Assembly (NCBI GenBank): GCA_021817245.1
Contig: JAKAVQ010000002.1
Location: 14,721 to 78,720, forward strand
Length of the DNA stretch: 64,000 nucleotides
From: Thermoplasmata archaeon
GTDB taxonomy: Archaea > Thermoplasmatota > Thermoplasmata > Lutacidiplasmatales > UBA184
Direction: 5' to 3'
Every line of letters begins with the position of its first letter. The first letter of the stretch is position 1. This document shows positions 9,908 through 18,552 of the stretch, piece by piece. A program made the position numbers and the translations under genes. Below the pieces are notes generated by a model. It was not told where the DNA came from, made no database searches, and was given only the letters and a program-made list of their open reading frames with translations.

Positions 9908-11325
9908 CTTCGTTCCTCGTCCAGGATCTCCCCGATCCGCCGCACCTTGCGGTCGAGCGAGGAGAGGGAGGTCGACCGGGCCGCGAGCCGCGACCGGGCG
10001 AGGGAGAGCTGGTGGGCGACCGCGAGCGGGGCCGGCCCGCCCGGCGATCCCCGGAGGTCGAGCGCCGCGCGGACGGAGCCGTCGTCCCCGGCCCGGGGAA
10101 GGTTCGCTGCTGCCGACCGGAGCGCCTCGGTCGCCGGCGCGCCGTCACCGGAGCGGTAGAACGACCCGACCGCCTCGTGCGCCTCACGGAACGGGACGCC
10201 GCCCGCCACGAGGCGTTCCGCGAGGTCGGTCGCGTACAGCTCCGGGTCGGCCGCCGCCGCGGCGACGCGACCGGTGTCGAGCGTGAGAGAACGGACGAGC
10301 CCGTCGACCGTGTCGAGGACGGCGGAGAGCGTCGCCACCGCGCGCAGGACGGGCGCCTTGTCCTCCTGGAGGTCGCGGTCGTAGGCGAGAGGGAGCCCTT
10401 TCAGAACGGCGAGGAGGCCGACAAGGTCCCCGATCGCGCCGCCGGCCTTCGCCCGGACGAGCTCGGCGGCGTCCGGGTTGCGCTTCTGCGGCATGAGACT
10501 GCTGCCGCTGCCGAGCGCCGGGGTCCGCTCGATGAACCCGAACTCCTTCGAGGCGAAGACGACGACCTCCTCGGCGAAGCCGCTCGCGTGCACGGCGAGC
10601 AACGCGAGGTCGAAGAGGAGCTCGACCAGCGGGTCGCGGTCGCTGACCGCGTCGAGGGAGTTCTCGAACGCGCGGTCGAAGCCCAGCCGGGCGGCGACGT
10701 ACGCCGGGTCGATCGGCAGCGTCGAGCCGGCGAGCGCCCCCGCACCGAGCGGCGATACGTTCGCGCGGCCCTCGGTCGCGAACAATCGGTCGAGGTCGCG
10801 GTCGAACCGCCAGAAGTGCGCGAGCAGGTAGTGGGCGACGGTCACCGGCTGGGCGCGCTGGAGATGCGTGTACCCCGGCATCGGGACCGCGGTCGACACG
10901 GACGCCCGGGCGAGGAGCGACTCCTCGAGCTTCGCGAGCCGGGCCGCGACGGCCGCGACGGCCTCGCGCAGGTAGAGGCGCTCGTCGAGCGCGACCTGGT
11001 CGTTGCGGCTGCGCGCCGTGTGGAGCTTCCCGCCGACCGCGCCGACGAGCTCGGTGAGGCGGACCTCGACGTTCGTGTGGACGTCCTCGAGGTCGCTCCG
11101 CCAGGCGAACCGGCCTTCCGCGACCTCGGCGGCGACCGCCCGCAGCCCGCCGATCAGGGTCTTCGCCTCGTCGGGGGTGATCAGGTTCGCCCGCCCGAGC
11201 ATCTCGGTGTGGACGACGCTGCCCGCGAGGTCGACGCGCGCGAGGGACCGGTCGACCGAGAGCGAGCTCAGGAACGCCGCCGTGGGGGTACGGACGTACG
11301 CCGGCGGGGGTCGGGGATCCGGCAT
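9904..11325 (-). CDS. argH: argininosuccinate lyase
   Basis: Start MPDPRPP… (top 'cat' 11323-11325) inside fused ORF 9904..12738. Fumarate-lyase signature GSSLMPQKRNPD, …HTARSRNDQVALD…. Confidence 0.9.
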   Translation of the reverse strand: MPDPRPPPAYVRTPTAAFLSSLSVDRSLARVDLAGSVVHTEMLGRANLITPDEAKTLIGGLRAVAAEVAEGRFAWRSDLEDVHTNVEVRLTELVGAVGGKLHTARSRNDQVALDERLYLREAVAAVAARLAKLEESLLARASVSTAVPMPGYTHLQRAQPVTVAHYLLAHFWRFDRDLDRLFATEGRANVSPLGAGALAGSTLPIDPAYVAARLGFDRAFENSLDAVSDRDPLVELLFDLALLAVHASGFAEEVVVFASKEFGFIERTPALGSGSSLMPQKRNPDAAELVRAKAGGAIGDLVGLLAVLKGLPLAYDRDLQEDKAPVLRAVATLSAVLDTVDGLVRSLTLDTGRVAAAAADPELYATDLAERLVAGGVPFREAHEAVGSFYRSGDGAPATEALRSAAANLPRAGDDGSVRAALDLRGSPGGPAPLAVAHQLSLARSRLAARSTSLSSLDRKVRRIGEILDEERR

Positions 11326-11348
11326 GGGCGTGCGCACCGTTCGCCTCG

Positions 11349-12581
11349 TCAGGCGCGGGGAGGATTCGTGGCGACCGAGGCGGTCGGCGCGGCCCCGATG
11401 GCGGACCACGTCCGCACCGGGAGCCCCCAGACGTAGATGAACCCCTCCGCCATCTCCTGACGGAAGCGGTCGCCCGTCGAGTAGGTCGCGAGCGCCGGCT
11501 GGTAGAGGGCGTTCTCCGACCGGCGTCCGACGGGGTGCGCGCGGCCCTTGAAGAGCTTCATCGCGACCTCGCCGGTCACACGGGCCTGCGTCGAGTCGAC
11601 GAACGCGTCGAGCGCCCCGCGCAGGGGCGTGAACCAGAGCCCGTCGTAGACCAGCTGGGCGTAGCGCTGCTCGACCGTACGCTTGAACTCGAGGAGGTCC
11701 CGGGGGAGGACGAGCGCCTCGAGGGCCTGGTGGGCGCCGATCAGCGCCACGGCCGCCGGGCATTCGTAGACCTCGCGCGACTTGATCCCGACGACGCGGC
11801 TCTCGAGGTGGTCGATGCGGCCGACCCCGTGGTCGCCGGCGAGACGGTTGAGGTGCGCGATCAACTCGTGGAGCGGACGTCGTTCGCCGTCGAGCGCGAC
11901 CGGCGTACCGTGCTCGAAGGCGATCGTGACGTAGGAGGGCTGGTCGGGAGCGGACGACGGCGAGCGGGTCCAGGCGTAGACCTCCTCGGGCGGCTCGATC
12001 GCGGGATCCTCGAGGATCCCGCACTCGACGGAGCGGCCCCAGAGGTTCTCGTCGGTCGAGTAGGGGGACGCCGTGGTCGCCTCGACCGGGACGCCGTGCT
12101 CGCGCGCGTAGACGATCTCCTCCTCGCGCGTCATCTTCCACTCGCGCGCCGGGGCGATCACGTCCAGTTCGGGGGCCAGTCCGGTGGTCGAGAGGTCGAA
12201 CCGGACCTGGTCGTTCCCCTTGCCCGTGCACCCGTGGGCGACGTACGCCGCGCCGTCTCGTCGGGCGACCTCGACGAGGTGGCGGCCGATCAACGGGCGG
12301 GCGAGCGCCGTACCGAGCGGGTAGATCCCCTCGTAGAGGGCGTTCGCCCGCAGCGCGGGGGCGATGAACTCCTCGGCGAACTCGCGACGGGCGTCGGCGA
12401 CGTACGCGGCGACCGCGCCCGACGCGACGGCCTTCTTGCGGACCCGTTCGAGGTCGACCGGCTGGCCGACATCGACCGTGACCGCGACGACGTCCAGCCC
12501 CTTCGTCTCCCGAAGCCACGGGATCGCGACCGACGTGTCCAGCCCGCCGGAGTACGCGAGCACCACCTTCGAGTTGGCCAT
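11349..12581 (-). CDS. argG: argininosuccinate synthase
   Basis: Internal ATG (MANSKVVLAYSGGLDTSV… PP-loop). …HGCTGKGNDQVRF… ORF-track start 12689 is an upstream extension. Confidence 0.9.
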   Translation of the reverse strand: MANSKVVLAYSGGLDTSVAIPWLRETKGLDVVAVTVDVGQPVDLERVRKKAVASGAVAAYVADARREFAEEFIAPALRANALYEGIYPLGTALARPLIGRHLVEVARRDGAAYVAHGCTGKGNDQVRFDLSTTGLAPELDVIAPAREWKMTREEEIVYAREHGVPVEATTASPYSTDENLWGRSVECGILEDPAIEPPEEVYAWTRSPSSAPDQPSYVTIAFEHGTPVALDGERRPLHELIAHLNRLAGDHGVGRIDHLESRVVGIKSREVYECPAAVALIGAHQALEALVLPRDLLEFKRTVEQRYAQLVYDGLWFTPLRGALDAFVDSTQARVTGEVAMKLFKGRAHPVGRRSENALYQPALATYSTGDRFRQEMAEGFIYVWGLPVRTWSAIGAAPTASVATNPPRA

Positions 12582-12681
12582 TCGCGTTCGTCCGAGCGAC
12601 CGGAGCACGCGGGCGCACGGATTTATAGGCCGCGGCCGTCTTCGGACTTGACTGGGCAATAGTGTCCCAAATAGGACATAT
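12582..12681. promoter_or_regulatory. bidirectional promoter region between argG (-) and the ACT-domain regulator (+)
   Basis: 100-nt intergenic, relatively AT-rich: gatttataggccg (TATA-like on both strands, ~40 nt from argG ATG) and aaataggacatatATG directly before the + gene. Confidence 0.4.
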
Positions 12682-13332
12682 ATGACCAAGGAGACCGCCT
12701 CGATCGCCCGTCGCGTCCACGCCCACCTCGACGCGCACCCCGCCCTCGCGGACGCGATCCGCCTCGGGATCGCGAACTATTCGGCGGTCGCGCGCCTGGT
12801 CTCGAGCGACCTCGAGCTGCGGCAGACGGACGCCGTCCTGGCCGCCTGCCGCCGCTACCCCCGCCGGCGCGGCGAGCTCTTCCGGGACGCGAACGTGCGG
12901 CGCGTCCTACGCAAGAGCCGCATCGAGACCCGGACGAAGGTCGCCGCGATCACGCTGGGCCAGGGATCGGACGTGCTCCAGCGCCTCGGCGACGTCGTCG
13001 AGGAATTGCTCGACGAGAGCTCGCTCTGCCGGGTCATCCAGGTCTCCCGCGGGACCGTCGTACTGGTCGACGAGGATTCGCTCCAGCGGGTGCTCCGCCC
13101 CCTGCGCGAGGGCCAGGTGATCGGGATCCGCCGCAACCTCATCGAGGTCGCGGTCACGAGCCCGGAGAGCATCGAGGAGACGCCGGGCCTCCTGCGGCAC
13201 CTCACGGGGGTCCTCTCGACCCAGGGGATCAACATCGTCGAGGCCCTCTCGTGCTACACGGACACGATCTTCCTGCTCGACCATGACGACCTCGCCCGGG
13301 CGATCGCGGTCCTGACCCCGGCCCTCCAGTGA
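12682..13332 (+). CDS. HTH + ACT-domain putative amino-acid-responsive regulator (COG2150-like)
   Basis: N-terminal helix-turn-helix (GIANYSAVARLV). C-terminal ACT-like fold (…PGLLRHLTGVLSTQGINIVEALSCYTDTIFLLD…). Divergent from the arg operon. Confidence 0.55.
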   Translation: MTKETASIARRVHAHLDAHPALADAIRLGIANYSAVARLVSSDLELRQTDAVLAACRRYPRRRGELFRDANVRRVLRKSRIETRTKVAAITLGQGSDVLQRLGDVVEELLDESSLCRVIQVSRGTVVLVDEDSLQRVLRPLREGQVIGIRRNLIEVAVTSPESIEETPGLLRHLTGVLSTQGINIVEALSCYTDTIFLLDHDDLARAIAVLTPALQ

Positions 13333-13402
13333 GCGCGGAGGCCGGTAACACCTTTTGGAAAGAGCGCATAACCTTAAGTGACGCCCCTCGTTCGTCGGGC
13401 CG

Positions 13403-14548
13403 ATGACCGTGGCCCCCGGGGCGTCGGACCCCCACGGCCTCGCCCTCACGAGATCGGAGAAGGCCACCGTCGTGCTCCTCTACGCGCTGATCCTCGCGGC
13501 GACGGTCGGGGCGTTCGCCGCGGCGTTCGCCTACCTGCCGCACCATTACCCCGGCGAGCTCACCGGCGGAGGGCTCATCTTCAGCGGCCTCGCGATCACC
13601 GCGTACGTCCTCGGGGTTCGCCACGGCTTCGACGCCGACCACATCGCCGCGATCGACAACACGACCCGCAAACTCCTCAATGACGGGAAGCGTCCGCTCA
13701 CGGTCGGGACGTGGTTCTCGCTGGGCCACTCCACGATCGTCAGCGGGATGATCGTCGCGCTCGTGGTCGCGCTCAACTTCATCAACCAGAACTACCACAC
13801 CTTCGCCTCGGTCGGGGCGGTCCTCGGGACCGCGGTCTCGGGCGTCTTTCTCCTGATCATCGGGCTCGTGAACGTCCTGATCGTCGTCGAGGTCTATCGC
13901 ATCTTCCGGGGCCTCCGCGACCGTCGGCTCGACCAGAAGGCCCTCGACGAGCAGATGGAGAAGCGCGGGTTCCTCTACCGCTACTTCGGCCGGCTTTTCC
14001 GGATCGTCAACGAACCGTACCAGATCTATCCGATCGGAGTCCTGTTCGGGCTCGGGTTCGACACCGCCACCGAGGTCCTCCTCATCGGGATCGCGGTCTA
14101 CTTCGGGGGCACCGGGGCGTTCCCCCTCTGGGCGGTGCTGATCCTCCCGCTCCTGTTCACGTGCGGGATGGTCCTCTCCGACACCTCGGACGGGATCGCG
14201 ATGCGCTACGCCTACGGCTGGGCGTTCGACCAGCCGATCCGCAAGGTCTACTACAACCTCACCCTCACCGTCCTCTCCGTCCTCGTGGCGTTTGCGATCG
14301 GCGGTGTCGAGCTCCTCCAGGTGCTCTCGGCCGAGCTCGGCTGGTCGGGACCGTTCTGGACGTGGCTCGGCGGCCTCAGCTTCGAAGCCCTTGGGGTCGG
14401 GATCGTCGTGCTGTTCGTGGGGGCCTGGCTCGTCGCCCTCGCCATCTATCGCGTCAAGCACTACGAGGAGATCGGCTTCGGACCTGTCGAAGCGGTGAGC
14501 CCCCCCGCCGAGGCGTCGGCGCCCCTCGCGCCGTCGGGCGAGCCGTGA
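13403..14548 (+). CDS. NiCoT family nickel/cobalt transporter (HoxN/HupN/NixA)
   Basis: HGFDADHIAAID and GLGFDTATEV signature motifs, 8 TM segments. Preceded by AT-rich cataaccttaagtg. Confidence 0.9.
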   Translation: MTVAPGASDPHGLALTRSEKATVVLLYALILAATVGAFAAAFAYLPHHYPGELTGGGLIFSGLAITAYVLGVRHGFDADHIAAIDNTTRKLLNDGKRPLTVGTWFSLGHSTIVSGMIVALVVALNFINQNYHTFASVGAVLGTAVSGVFLLIIGLVNVLIVVEVYRIFRGLRDRRLDQKALDEQMEKRGFLYRYFGRLFRIVNEPYQIYPIGVLFGLGFDTATEVLLIGIAVYFGGTGAFPLWAVLILPLLFTCGMVLSDTSDGIAMRYAYGWAFDQPIRKVYYNLTLTVLSVLVAFAIGGVELLQVLSAELGWSGPFWTWLGGLSFEALGVGIVVLFVGAWLVALAIYRVKHYEEIGFGPVEAVSPPAEASAPLAPSGEP

Positions 14549-15015
14549 CCCGCAAGGTCGTACGGCTGGGCGTCTCGCTCGAACCCGAGCTGGTCGACCT
14601 GCTCGACCGCTGGGTAGCGCGACGCAACAGCCGGAGCCGCTCGGGAGGGATCCGGGCGCTGATCCGCAAGGAGCTCAGCGAGCGGACCCTCGCCGACCCC
14701 GACTCGGACGCTCTCGGGGTGGTGGCGCTCCTCTACCGCCACGATACTCCGAACGTTCTCGTGCGCCTCACCCGGGCCGAACACCGGTGGGGCGAGCACG
14801 TCCGGTCCACGTCGCACGTGCACCTCGAGGGGGACGCCTGCGCGGAAGTGGTCGTGCTCGCCGGCCGTCGCCGGGAGATCGAGACCGCGGCCGAGGACCT
14901 GCGGGGCGTGAAGGGGATCCTCGACGGAGGGTGGCTCGTCACGACCCCCGCGGTCGCCGGCGGCCGGACCGGGCATCGCCATCCTCACGCGGCCCCCACC
15001 GGCGAGGCCCGGTGA
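14545..15015 (+). CDS. nikR: nickel-responsive transcriptional regulator NikR
   Basis: GTG overlapping NiCoT stop (GTGA). N-terminal ribbon-helix-helix (KVVRLGVSLEPELVDLLDRWV…). C-terminal metal-binding domain with H…H…C (…HVHLEGDAC…). Confidence 0.85.
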   Translation: MTRKVVRLGVSLEPELVDLLDRWVARRNSRSRSGGIRALIRKELSERTLADPDSDALGVVALLYRHDTPNVLVRLTRAEHRWGEHVRSTSHVHLEGDACAEVVVLAGRRREIETAAEDLRGVKGILDGGWLVTTPAVAGGRTGHRHPHAAPTGEAR

Positions 15016-16166
15016 CCCCGCGGGCCCCCGGCCGCGGGCCGGACGCGCTCGCGGCCCTCGTCCTCGACCGGTACCTCGGCGTCCGACGACGCGAGACCGT
15101 CACCGTGGAGACGTGGAGCCACGCGCTCGAGTGGGCCCGCGCGTTCGTCCTCGAAGCGCGTCGCCGCGGCGCGGAGTCGTTCCTGGTCGTCGAGGACGAA
15201 GCGACGTTCTTCCGGTCGCTCGCCCTTTCGGTCCCTTCGCTTCCCGTCGCCCCGTCCCGGCTCGCGGGCCACCCAGGGGCGTACGTCTACTTCGGCGGCC
15301 CCGAGGCGTTCCCCCGACTCCTGGGCCTTCCCGTCCACGACGTGGAGGCCCTCGTCGCCCGGCACGGCCCGGCGTGGTGGCGGCGGGCGCGCCGCTCGGG
15401 CCTGCGCGGCGTCCGGATGGCGATCGCGAGCGTCACGGCACCGGCCGCCGCCCGGTACGGCGTCGACCTCGCCGCCTGGCATCGAGAGGTCCTGCGGGCG
15501 AGCCTCGTCGACCCGGCCCGGCTCGCCCGACGCGCGCGCGAGCTCGCCGGCCCCCTCGGGCACGCGCATCACGTCACCGTCCGCCACGCGAACGGGACCC
15601 GGCTCGACCTCGCGATCGAGCGCGGCTCGCTGACCTTGGCGGACGGCCGGGTCCGGGCGGCCGCTCCGACCGTGCGGGGGTCATGGACCCAGGTCCCGAC
15701 GGGGTTCGTCGCCGTGCGCCTCGCGGACGGCGTTGCCGAGGGGACCTGGGAGTCGAACCGCTCGGCGTACGACCGATTCGCGGACGCGCCCGTCGCAGTG
15801 GGGGCGCGGTTCTCGTTCGCGGGCGGACGCCTCGTGGAGTTCTCGTTCGACCGCGGCGGGGAAGCGTTCCACTCGGCGTACCGGCGGGGAGGGCACGGGC
15901 GGAACCGGCCCACCGCGCTCACGATCGGGCTGAACCCCGCCGTCGATCGCGCCCCCGAGGTCGGCGAGCTCTCGGACCGCACGGTCGGGCTGTTGCTCGG
16001 CGACAACCGCTCGCTCGGCGGGCGGAACCGGGCCCGCTTCGGCTACCTGACGACGCTCGGCGGAGCCCACGTGGAGCTGGACGGGCGGCCGTGGTGGGTG
16101 GACGGGCGCGTGGTGCGCGCGTCGGCACGCCGAGGGGGAGTCCGATCGGCCGATCGGCGGACGTAG
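15012..16166 (+). CDS. M29 (AmpS/aminopeptidase T)-like metallo-aminopeptidase family protein
   Basis: GTG overlapping nikR stop. …ALVLDRYLGV…TVETW… N-terminus and QVPTGFVAV resembling the M29 N(I/L)P(S/T)GE(V)F motif. Assignment is moderate. Confidence 0.5.
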   Translation: MTPRAPGRGPDALAALVLDRYLGVRRRETVTVETWSHALEWARAFVLEARRRGAESFLVVEDEATFFRSLALSVPSLPVAPSRLAGHPGAYVYFGGPEAFPRLLGLPVHDVEALVARHGPAWWRRARRSGLRGVRMAIASVTAPAAARYGVDLAAWHREVLRASLVDPARLARRARELAGPLGHAHHVTVRHANGTRLDLAIERGSLTLADGRVRAAAPTVRGSWTQVPTGFVAVRLADGVAEGTWESNRSAYDRFADAPVAVGARFSFAGGRLVEFSFDRGGEAFHSAYRRGGHGRNRPTALTIGLNPAVDRAPEVGELSDRTVGLLLGDNRSLGGRNRARFGYLTTLGGAHVELDGRPWWVDGRVVRASARRGGVRSADRRT

Positions 16167-16175
16167 GGAGCCCGC

Positions 16176-17195
16176 TCACCGCCCAACGCGGGCCCCCTCC
16201 TTCGCTTCGTCGAACGGCGCCGACGGCCGGACGGCGGAGGGCGAGGGATCCGGGGAGCCGTGCCCGGACGAGGGGGCCGGGAGGCGACGGGCGAACTCGC
16301 GCAGGAGGTCGGCGGCCGGCTCGAGGTGACGCGCGGAGACCTGCTCGACGTTGACTCCGAGCGGGACGCTCAGGTCCTCCGCCCGCGCATCCGCGACGAC
16401 CGACTCCCAGACCTCGACGGCGCGCGCCGCGCTCCGCCGGGCGGCTTCGGCGTCGTCCCCCTCGAGGATCGTCCTCTCCGCCGAATCGGGGAGGTCGGCC
16501 CCGAGCCAGCGGACGAACTCGATGTCCGCTTCGTCCGCGATCGGGGCGAAGCTGAGCAGCACGGCGGACGGAGGGATCGACGCGAGCCGGCAGAGCAGGT
16601 CGTACTGGCGGACCATCTGGACCGTGAGGTCGGCGTCGAAGAGGAGCTGCGTGGTGAAGAACGCGGCGCCCGTCCTCGTCTTCGCCAGCATCCGGTGCGG
16701 CTCTCCGACGCGCTGGGGGATCGCGATGTTGCCGAGGAGCCCGCCGACGGCGCGGAAGACGGGCCGGCAGACCCCGTTCGCCTCGGCGACCGGAGGGCCC
16801 GGGTACGGGATGTAGCGGCTCGCTCCGCCGACGAGAACGACATGGCGGATGCCGTGCGCGACGGTCTCGCGTCCCCACCGCTCGAGCGCGTCGGCGCTCT
16901 CGAGGTACGCGACGACCTTGTTGATGACGGCCGGGCGGCCGGTGCGGTCCTGGAGCGCCCGGGCGAACGCGCGCAGGTCCCCCGAACGGTAGTGGGGCTT
17001 TCCCTCGTGGTTCTCGTCCACGAGCTCGGGAACGTCGACCGCGTCGACCCGCCCGACCGAACGGACGAGCGCGCAGACCGCCTCGACGCGTTCCTCGATG
17101 CGGGCCGCGCCCGCCCGCGACGGAGGAGGGACCGGCTCGAAGAAGAGGGGGAAGGCGCGGAGTGCCTCCGTCAAGGGTCGCCCCGCGTCCGTCAC
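16176..17195 (-). CDS. methylenetetrahydrofolate reductase (MetF)-like protein
   Basis: FPLFFEPVPPP (cf. MetF FEFFPP), HGIRHVVLVGG (cf. NGIRHIVALRGD), FFTTQLLFDADLTVQMVRQYD (cf. ITQFFFD…). In-frame GTG 17195 proposed as start; upstream 70 codons of the ORF look non-coding. Confidence 0.55.
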   Translation of the reverse strand: MTDAGRPLTEALRAFPLFFEPVPPPSRAGAARIEERVEAVCALVRSVGRVDAVDVPELVDENHEGKPHYRSGDLRAFARALQDRTGRPAVINKVVAYLESADALERWGRETVAHGIRHVVLVGGASRYIPYPGPPVAEANGVCRPVFRAVGGLLGNIAIPQRVGEPHRMLAKTRTGAAFFTTQLLFDADLTVQMVRQYDLLCRLASIPPSAVLLSFAPIADEADIEFVRWLGADLPDSAERTILEGDDAEAARRSAARAVEVWESVVADARAEDLSVPLGVNVEQVSARHLEPAADLLREFARRLPAPSSGHGSPDPSPSAVRPSAPFDEAKEGARVGR

Positions 17196-17374
17196 GTTCC
17201 GTCCCGGGACACCTCGGATTCGGACGGAGGGCGCGATAAATCGTTTCGTCTCCTCCGGCTCGTTGCGAAGGACGCAAGCGGCGGTCGCCGGGAGCAACCG
17301 GCGCCCGGGCCGCTCGCAACGCGACCGAACGGCCGGACCCTTAGGTTCATCCGAGCGACCGGTCTTCCCGCGGC

Positions 17375-18208
17375 GTGCCGCCCCGACCCGCCGCGCGACG
17401 CCCATCGGCCGGGCCGCGGCTCGGCGACCCGCGGGCGCGCGTCCATATCGCGCCGGTCGGGTTCGAGATCGAGCGGATCACCGAGCCGATCGAGGCCGAG
17501 CGCGCCGACCGTGTCTACCTCATCACCCGGGCCGAACACGACCAGGCGGCGCCGTTCGTGGAGGAGGTCGTCCGTCGCCTCGGGTCGAGCTCGTGGCCGG
17601 TCGAGGTTCGCGTCGTCCGCACGGACCTCTGGAACGTCTTCGGCGCCCTCGCGGTGCTCCGGACGATCTTCGAGAACGAGCGGCGGACCGACCGGAACGC
17701 GTCCGACGTCCTCCCAATCCGGGTGAACGTCTCGACCGGCACCAAGATCACCGCGATCGCGGGGACCCTCGCCTGCATGCTCTGGAAGGGCGAACCGTAC
17801 TACGTCCAGGTCTCCCGGGCCTGGTACTCGGGCCGACTGCCCCGGGTCGCCGCGGTCCACGACGTCGTGGACCGGATCGATCCGGTCGGCGTGTACGCGC
17901 TGCGGGCCCCCGCGCCCGAGCTGGTCTCGGTCCTCGAGGCGCTCCAGCGGCGGGGCGGCTCGCTGCGCAAGCACGAGCTCCTCCGGGAGCTCGGGCTCGA
18001 CCGCCGCGGCCCCGGCGGAGCCCCCGCGGCCTCGCCGCAGGCGCAGCACGGACGCCTGCGACGCCGCCTCGAACCGCTCGAGATCCGGTGGGGGTTCGTG
18101 CGGTCGGAGGCCCCCGGGCCCCGGGCCCGCGTCACGCTCACCGAGCAGGGACGCGTCGCGGTCGCCATCTTTGGGCGGGTCGGCCCGCCCCTGCCCGATA
18201 TTCACTGA
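17375..18208 (+). CDS. HFX_2341-family putative transcriptional regulator (DUF6293 N-domain + C-terminal wHTH)
   Basis: RVHIAPVGFEIERI… matches the family signature (HIVPVGFDYDRI). C-terminal winged helix (…SLRKHELLRELGLD…RVTLTEQGRVAV). Confidence 0.7.
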   Translation: MPPRPAARRPSAGPRLGDPRARVHIAPVGFEIERITEPIEAERADRVYLITRAEHDQAAPFVEEVVRRLGSSSWPVEVRVVRTDLWNVFGALAVLRTIFENERRTDRNASDVLPIRVNVSTGTKITAIAGTLACMLWKGEPYYVQVSRAWYSGRLPRVAAVHDVVDRIDPVGVYALRAPAPELVSVLEALQRRGGSLRKHELLRELGLDRRGPGGAPAASPQAQHGRLRRRLEPLEIRWGFVRSEAPGPRARVTLTEQGRVAVAIFGRVGPPLPDIH

Positions 18209-18241
18209 TGTAACGACTGTAACGTTACTATTGTCAAATAT
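18197..18241. promoter_or_regulatory. AT-rich island with tandem TGTAACG direct repeat
   Basis: gatattcacTGATGTAACGACTGTAACGttactattgtcaaatatcc. Only ~45-nt AT-rich patch in >15 kb of 70% GC. TGTAACG at 18209 and 18218 (9-nt spacing); TATA-like ttactattg/aaatat. Immediately 3' of the HFX_2341 regulator stop. Confidence 0.4.
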
Positions 18242-18552
18242 CCCCTTGGGGGTAGGGACGGACGTGGACGACAGGAACGGACCGGTCGGATTCGGGGGGG
18301 AGATCGCGATCCTCCGTGTGTCGGCGTTCGCGGTGCCGAGGACGGCGTACGCGCCGTGGCCAAACGAGCGTCCGATGGACCGGGACCCCGGTGCGCCAGC
18401 GGTCCCGACGCCCCCGTTCCCCCACCCCCGAAGCCCCCGGCGACGGCCCCGACGCGGCGGGTCGGCCGGGGCTTCCTCTTCCCCGGCCCCCCGGTCGTGA
18501 CACGGACAGCCCCCGCGAACGGCTAAGGGCGGTCGACGCCTTCCCGCCGAAC

